A stretch of DNA of 64,000 nt, from the NCBI GenBank assembly GCA_964057225.1, contig OZ059900.1, positions 23,250,001 through 23,314,000 on the forward strand, written 5' to 3'. This stretch comes from Auanema rhodensis. Taxonomy: Eukaryota; Animalia; Nematoda. Under the pieces are notes generated by a model, which was not told the origin of the DNA, made no database searches, and saw only the letters and a list, made by a program, of their open reading frames with translations. A program made the translations under genes and the position numbers. Positions 56,601 to 64,000 of the stretch are shown here, one piece after another; positions within the stretch are counted from its first letter, which is position 1; each line of letters starts with the position of its first letter.

Positions 56601-58420
56601 TTTTGGAAATTTCGCTGTAAACAAGGTTTGACTTACGATTTCATGTGTTCAAACTCATGCAATGTCAATGAAACCTAGCTCAAAATTGTTCGTACAACGT
56701 CTAGTTCCACTTTCACGACAAAAAAACAGGGGTTAGAAAATTTAGGAAATTAGCATATTCTGAGGGCACGCCCCTTATGGCTAATATTGATTAAATCGAT
56801 TTTTGTTCATATGAGTCGTCAAATGCAACGAATTTCAGTGTGTTACATACTAAAATGAAGTATTTTACATGCTGAACACTAGAAAAATACAAAAACACAG
56901 TATTTCCCATGAGAAATATTTTATTATGCTGGAAAACCAGTTTTTGGACATTTCGCTGTAAACAAGGTTTTGACTTACGATTTCATGTGTTCAAACTCAT
57001 GCAATGTCAATGAAACCTAGCTCAAAATTGTTCCTACAACGTCTAGTTCCACTTTCACGACAAAAAACAGGGGTTAGAAAATTAAGGAAATTAGCATATT
57101 CTGAGGGCACGCCCCTTATGGCTAATATTGATTAAATCGATTTTTGTTCATATGAGTCGTCAAATGCAACGAATTTCAGCGTGTTACATACTAAAATGAA
57201 GCATTTTACATGCTGAACATTAGAAAAATACAAAAACACAGTTTTTCCCATGAGAAATATTTTATTATGCTGGAAAACCAGTTTTTGGAAATTTCGCTGT
57301 AAACAAGGTTTTGACTTACGATTTCATGTGTTCAAACTCATGCAATGTCAATGAAACCTAGCTCAAAATTGTTCGTACAACGTCTAGTTCCACTTTCACG
57401 ACAAAAAAACAGGGGTTAGAAAATTAAGGAAATTAGCATATTCTGAGGGCACGCCCCTTATGGCTAATATTGATTTAAACGATTTTTGTTCATATGAGTA
57501 GTCAAATGCAACGAATTTCAGCGTGTTACATACTAAAATGAAGCATTTCACATGCTGAACACTAGAAAAATACAAAAACACAGTATTTCCCATGAGAAAT
57601 ATTTTATTATGCTGGAAAACCAGTTTTTGGAAATTTCGCTGTAAACAAGGTTTGACTTACGATTTCATGTGTTCAAACTCATGCAATGTCAATGAAACCT
57701 AGCTCAAAATTGTTCGTACAACGTCTAGTTCCACTTTCACGACAAAAAAACAGGGGTTAGAAAATTTAGGAAATTAGCATATTCTGAGGGCACGCCCCTT
57801 ATGGCTAATATTGATTAAATCGATTTTTGTTCATATGAGTCGTCAAATGCAACGAATTTCAGCGTGTTACATACTAAAATGAAGCATTTTACATGCTGAA
57901 CATTAGAAAAATACAAAAACACAGTTTTTCCCATGAGAAATATTTTATTATGCTGGAAAACCAGTTTTTGGAAATTTCGCTGTAAACAAGGTTTGACTTA
58001 CGATTTCATGTGTTCAAACTCATGCAATGTCAATGAAACCTAGCTCAAAATTGTTCGTACAACGTCTAGTTCCACTTTCACGACAAAAAAACAGGGGTTA
58101 GAAAATTTAGGAAATTAGCATATTCTGAGGGCACGCCCCTTATGGCTAATATTGATTAAATCGATTTTTGTTCATATGAGTCGTCAAATGCAACGAATTT
58201 CAGCGTGTTACATACTAAAATGAAGTATTTTACATGCTGAACACTAGAAAAATACAAAAACACAGTATTTCCCATGAGAAATATTTTATTATGCTGGAAA
58301 ACCAGTTTTTGGACATTTCGCTGTAAACAAGGTTTTGACTTACGATTTCATGTGTTCAAACTCATGCAATGTCAATGAAACCTAGCTCAAAATTGTTCCT
58401 ACAACGTCTAGTTCCACTTT
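41692..58420 (-). repeat. Nested higher-order repeat domain with 4-monomer (1365 bp), 9-monomer (3073 bp) and 15-monomer (5121 bp) periods
   Basis: Variant-marked monomers (ORF track used as marker): 43058/44423/45788 at offset 1365; 44423-47496, 45788-48861 and 46471-49544 at offset 3073; 49544-54665, 50910-56031 and 52275-57396 at offset 5121. Domain edges are approximate. Confidence 0.85.
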
Positions 58421-59452
58421 CACGACAAAAAAACAGGGGTTAGAAAATTAAGGAAATTAGCATATTCTGAGGGCACGCCCCTTATGGCTAATATTGATTA
58501 AATCGATTTTTGTTCATATGAGTCGTCAAATGCAACGAATTTCAGCGTGTTACATACTAAAATGAAGCATTTTACATGCTGAACACTGAAAAAATACAAA
58601 AACACAGTATTTCCCATGAGAAATATTTTATTATGCTGGAAAACCAGTTTTTGGAAATTTCGCTGTAAACAAGGTTTTGACTTACGATTTCATGTGTTCA
58701 AACTCATGCAATGTCAACGAAACCTAGCTCAAAATTGTTCGTACAACGTCTAGTTCCACTTTCACGACAAAAAAACAGGGGTTAGAAAATTAAGGAAATT
58801 AGCATATTCTGAGGGCACGCCCCTTATGGCTAATATTGATTAAATCGATTTTTGTTCATATGAGTCGTCAAATGCAACGAATTTCAGCGTGTTACATACT
58901 AAAATGAAGCATTTTACATGCTGAACACTAGAAAAATACAAAAACACAGTATTTCCCACGAGAAATATTTTATTATGCTGGAAAACCAGTTTTTGGAAAT
59001 TTCGCTGTAAACAAGGTTTTGACTTACGATTTCATGTGTTCAAACTCATGCAATGTCAATGAAACCTAGCTCAAAATTGTTCGTACAACGTCTAGTTCCA
59101 CTTTCACGACAAAAAAACAGGGGTTAGAAAGTTAAGGAAATTAGCATATTCTGAGGGCACGCCCCTTATGGCTAATATTGATTAAATCGATTTTTGTTCA
59201 TATGAGTCGTCAAATGCAACGAATTTCAGCGTGTTACATACTAAAATGAAGCATTTTACATGCTGAACACTAGAAAAATACAAAAACACAGTATTTCCCA
59301 TGAGAAATATTTTATTATGCTGGAAAACCAGTTTTTGGAAATTTCGCTGTAAACAAGGTTTTGACTTACGATTTCATGTGTTCAAACTCATGCAATGTCA
59401 ATGAAACCTAGTTCAAAATTGTTCGTACAACGTCTAGTTCCACTTTCACGAC

Positions 59453-59484
59453 AAAAAAACAGGGGTTAAAAAAAACAGGGGTTA
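59453..59484 (-). repeat. 16-bp tandem duplication AAAAAAACAGGGGTTA, copy 1 of 2
   Basis: AAAAAAACAGGGGTTA-AAAAAAACAGGGGTTA-GAAAATT. Confidence 0.93.
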
Positions 59485-62204
59485 GAAAATTAAGGAAATT
59501 AGCATATTCTGAGGGCACGCCCCTTATGGCTAATATTGATTAAATCGATTTTTGTTCATATGAGTCGTCAAATGCAGCGAATTTCAGCTTGTTACATACT
59601 AAAATGAAGCATTTTACATGCTGAACACTAGAAAAATACAAAAACACAGTATTTCCCATGAGAAATATTTTATTATGCTGGAAAACCAGTTTTTGGAAAT
59701 TTCGCTGTAAACAAGGTTTTGACTTACGATTTCATGTGTTCAAACTCATGCAATGTCAACGAAACCTAGCTCAAAATTGTTCGTACAACGTCTAGTTCCA
59801 CTTTCACGACAAAAAAACAGGGGTTAGAAAATTAAGGAAATTAGCATATTCTGAGGGCACGCCCCTTATGGCTAATATTGATTAAATCGATTTTTGTTCA
59901 TATGAGTCGTCAAATGCAACGAATTTCAGCGTGTTACATACTAAAATGAAGCATTTTACATGCTGAACACTAGAAAAATACAAAAACACAGTATTTCCCA
60001 TGAGAAATATTTTATTATGCTGGAAAACCAGTTTTAGGAAATTTCGCTGTAAACAAGGTTTTGACTTACGATTTCATGTGTTCAAACTCATGCAATGTCA
60101 ATGAAACCTAGTTCAAAATTGTTCGTACAACGTCTAGTTCCACTTTCACGACAAAAAAACAGGGGTTAGAAAATTAAGGAAATTAGCATATTCTGAGGGC
60201 ACGCCCCTTATGGCTAATATTGATTAAATCGATTTTTGTTCATATGAGTCGTCAAATGCAACGAATTTCAGCGTGTTACATACTAAAATGAAGCATTTTA
60301 CATGCTGAACACTAGAAAAATACAAAAACACAGTATTTCCCACGAGAAATATTTTATTATGCTGGAAAACCAGTTTTAGGAAATTTCGCTGTGAACAAGG
60401 TTTTGACTTACGATTTCATGTGTTCAAACTCATGCAATGTCAATGAAACCTAGTTCAAAATTGTTCGTACAACGTCTAGTTCCACTTTCACGACAAAAAA
60501 ACAGGGGTTAGAAAATTAAGGAAATTAGCATATTCTGAGGGCACGCCCCTTATGGCTAATATTGATTAAATCGATTTTTGTTCATATGAGTCGTCAAATG
60601 CAACGAATTTCAGCGTGTTACATACTAAAATGAAGCATTTTACATGCTGAACACTAGAAAAATACAAAAACACAGTATTTCCCACGAGAAATATTTTATT
60701 ATGCTGGAAAACCAGTTTTTGGAAATTTCGCTGTAAACAAGGTTTTGACTTACGATTTCATGTGTTCAAACTCATGCAATGTCAATGAAACCTAGCTCAA
60801 AATTGTTCGTACAACGTCTAGTTCCACTTTCACGACAAAAAAACAGGGGTTAGAAAATTAAGGAAATTAGCATATTCTGAGGGCACGCCCCTTATGGCTA
60901 ATATTGATTAAATCGATTTTTGTTCATATGAGTCGTCAAATGCAACGAATTTCAGCGTGTTACATACTAAAATGAAGCATTTTACATGCTGAACACTAGA
61001 AAAATACAAAAACACAGTATTTCCCATTAGAAATATTTTATTATGCTGGAAAACCAGTTTTAGGAAATTTCGCTGTAAACAAGGTTTTGACTTACGATTT
61101 CATGTGTTCAAACTCATGCAATGTCAATGAAACCTAGTTCAAAATTGTTCGTACAACGTCTAGTTCCACTTTCACGACAAAAAAACAGGGGTTAGAAAAT
61201 TAAGGAAATTAGCATATTCTGAGGGCACGCCCCTTATGGCTAATATTGATTAAATCGATTTTTGTTCATATGAGTCGTCAAATGCAACGAATTTCAGCGT
61301 GTTACATACTAAAATGAAGCATTTTACATGCTGAACACTAGAAAAATACAAAAACACAGTATTTCCCACGAGAAATATTTTATTATGCTGGAAAACCAGT
61401 TTTAGGAAATTTCGCTGTGAACAAGGTTTTGACTTACGATTTCATGTGTTCAAACTCATGCAATGTCAATGAAACCTAGCTCAAAATTGTTCGTACAACG
61501 TCTAGTTCCACTTTCACGACAAAAAAACAGGGGTTAGAAAATTAAGGAAATTAGCATATTCTGAGGGCACGCCCCTTATGGCTAATATTGATTAAATCGA
61601 TTTTTGTTCATATGAGTCGTCAAATGCAACGAATTTCAGCGTGTTACATACTAAAATGAAGCATTTTACATGCTGAACACTAGAAAAATACAAAAACACA
61701 GTATTTCCCACGAGAAATATTTTATTATGCTGGAAAACCAGTTTTTGGAAATTTCGCTGTAAACAAGGTTTTGACTTACGATTTCATGTGTTCAAACTCA
61801 TGCAATGTCAATGAAACCTAGCTCAAAATTGTTCGTACAACGTCTAGTTCCACTTTCACGACAAAAAAACAGGGGTTAGAAAATTAAGGAAATTAGCATA
61901 TTCTGAGGGCACGCCCCTTATGGCTAATATTGATTAAATCGATTTTTGTTCATATGAGTCGTCAAATGCAACGAATTTCAGCGTGTTACATACTAAAATG
62001 AAGCATTTTACATGCTGAACACTAGAAAAATACAAAAACACAGTATTTCCCATGAGAAATATTTTATTATGCTGGAAAACCAGTTTTTGGAAATTTCGCT
62101 GTAAACAAGGTTTTGACTTACGATTTCATGTGTTCAAACTCATGCAATGTCAATGAAACCTAGTTCAAAATTGTTCGTACAACGTCTAGTTCCACTTTCA
62201 CGAC

Positions 62205-62236
62205 AAAAAAACAGGGGTTAAAAAAAACAGGGGTTA
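62205..62236 (-). repeat. 16-bp tandem duplication, copy 2 of 2
   Basis: Identical duplication 2752 bp (8 x 342 + 16) away, with the same linked variants TGCAGCGAATTTCAGCTT. Confidence 0.93.
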
Positions 62237-62958
62237 GAAAATTAAGGAAATTAGCATATTCTGAGGGCACGCCCCTTATGGCTAATATTGATTAAATCGA
62301 TTTTTGTTCATATGAGTCGTCAAATGCAGCGAATTTCAGCTTGTTACATACTAAAATGAAGCATTTTACATGCTGAACACTAGAAAAATACAAAAACACA
62401 GTATTTCCCATGAGAAATATTTTATTATGCTGGAAAACCAGTTTTTGGAAATTTCGCTGTAAACAAGGTTTTGACTTACGATTTCATGTGTTCAAACTCA
62501 TGCAATGTCAATGAAACCTAGCTCAAAATTGTTCGTACAACGTCTAGTTCCACTTTCACGACAAAAAAACAGGGGTTAGAAAATTAAGGAAATTAGCATA
62601 TTCTGAGGGCACGCCCCTTAAGGCTAATATTGATTAAATCGATTTTTGTTCATATGAGTCGTCAAATGCAACGAATTTCAGCGTGTTACATACTAAAATG
62701 AAGCATTTTACATGCTGAACACTAGAAAAATACAAAAACACAGTATTTCCCATGAGAAATATTTTATTATGCTGGAAAACCAGTTTTTGGAAATTTCGCT
62801 GTAAACAAGGTTTTGACTTACGATTTCATGTGTTCAAACTCATGCAATGTCAATGAAACCTAGCTTAAAATTGTTCGTACAACGTCTAGTTCCACTTTCA
62901 CGACAAAAAAACAGGGGTTAGAAAATTAAGGAAATTAGCATATTCTGAGGGCACGCCC

Positions 62959-64000
62959 CTTATGGCTAATATTGATTAAATCGACTTTTGTTCATATGAG
63001 TCGTCAAATGCAACGAATTTCAGCGTGTTACATACTAAAATGAAGCATTTTACATGCTGAACACTGAAAAAATACAAAAACACAGTATTTCCCATGAGAA
63101 ATATTTTATTATGCTGGAAAACCAGTTTTTGGAAATTTCGCTGTAAACAAGGTTTTGACTTACGATTTCATGTGTTCAAACTCATGCAATGTCAACGAAA
63201 CCTAGCTCAAAATTGTTCGTACAACGTCTAGTTCCACTTTCACGACAAAAAAACAGGGGTTAGAAAATTAAGGAAATTAGCATATTCTGAGGGCACGCCC
63301 CTTATGGCTAATATTGATTAAATCGATTTTTGTTCATATGAGTCGTCAAATGCAACGAATTTCAGCGTGTTACATACTAAAATGAAGCATTTTACATGCT
63401 GAACACTAGAAAAATACAAAATTGACATTGCATGAGTTTGAACACATGAAATCGTAAGTCAAAACCTTGTTTACAGCGAAATTTCCAAAAACTGGTTTTC
63501 CAGCATAATAAAATATTTCTCGTGGGAAATACTGTGTTTTTGTATTTTTCTAGTGTTCAGCATGTAAAATGCTTCATTTTAGTATGTAACACGCTGAAAT
63601 TCGTTGCATTTGACGACTCATATGAACAAAAATCGATTTAATCAATATTAGCCATAAGGGGCGTGCCCTCAGAATATGCTAATTTCCTTAATTTTCTAAC
63701 CCCTGTTTTTTTGTCGTGAAAGTGGAACTAGACGTTGTACGAACAATTTTGAGCTAGGTTTCGTTGACATTGCATGAGTTTGAACACATGAAATCGTAAG
63801 TCAAAACCTTGTTTACAGCGAAATTTCCAAAAACTGGTTTTCCAGCATAATAAAATATTTCTCATGGGAAATACTGTGTTTTTGTATTTTTTCAGTGTTC
63901 AGCATGTAAAATGCTTCATTTTAGTATGTAACACGCTGAAATTCGTTGCATTTGACGACTCATATGAACAAAAGTCGATTTAATCAATATTAGCCATAAG
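62959..64000. repeat. Orientation-switch junction 2: fold-back palindrome, visible arms 62959-63421 and 63538-64000, spacer 63422-63537
   Basis: Junction reads ...GAAAAATACAAA|A|TTGACATTG... Rare variants at 63196, 63066 and 62985 are mirrored at 63763, 63893 and 63974 (each pair sums to 126959). Confidence 0.93.
63421..64000 (+). repeat. Same 342-bp satellite, second forward block (~1.7 monomers visible, runs off the window)
   Basis: ATTGACATTGCATGAG... at 63421 is monomer position 123 onward in forward orientation. Confidence 0.99.

Larger units (their letters stand above)
23031..63421 (-). repeat. Same 342-bp satellite, inverted block (~118 monomers, ~40.4 kb)
   Basis: From 23031 (CTAGTTCCACTTTCACGAC...) the sequence is the reverse complement of the monomer, entering at monomer position 91 and ending at position ~240 at 63421. 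Confidence 0.99.

Noticed and set aside
26752-57593. Twenty near-identical 61-65 aa minus-strand ORFs (MRNTVFLYFSS...)
   Set aside because: They lie wholly within satellite monomers and exist only because one variant removes a TAA stop. I recognise no domain or gene structure.
59453-59484. Telomere-like GGGGTTA repeat
   Set aside because: It is one motif per monomer, doubled here by a 16-bp duplication, with no telomeric tandem run.
1-64000. CRISPR array, rDNA/5S/tRNA tandem or transposon insertion
   Set aside because: There are no unique spacers, no recognisable RNA gene motifs and no non-satellite sequence longer than a few bases. A remote transposon origin of the monomer cannot be assessed without a database search.

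Overview
The whole 64-kb window is one eukaryotic satellite DNA array, with no credible gene, RNA gene, CRISPR array or transposon insertion. It holds about 187 copies of a highly homogeneous 342-bp monomer (reference copy 1-342, about 34% GC by hand count, rich in A/T tracts and short dyad symmetries, CpG not depleted). The array switches orientation twice: forward at 1-~23025, inverted at ~23031-63421, forward again at 63421-64000. The two junctions differ. Junction 1 carries a templated micro-insertion and joins non-mirror haplotypes. Junction 2 is a fold-back palindrome whose arms mirror rare variants exactly around a 116-nt spacer. Monomer variants define nested, locally changing higher-order repeats (4- to 15-monomer periods), and there are four structural variants (+69, -48, +63 in four copies, +16 in two copies). 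All 21 ORFs in the track are by-products of monomer variants. I cannot identify the satellite family or organism from sequence alone, and a centromeric or pericentromeric location is inference. All counts and alignments were done by eye.
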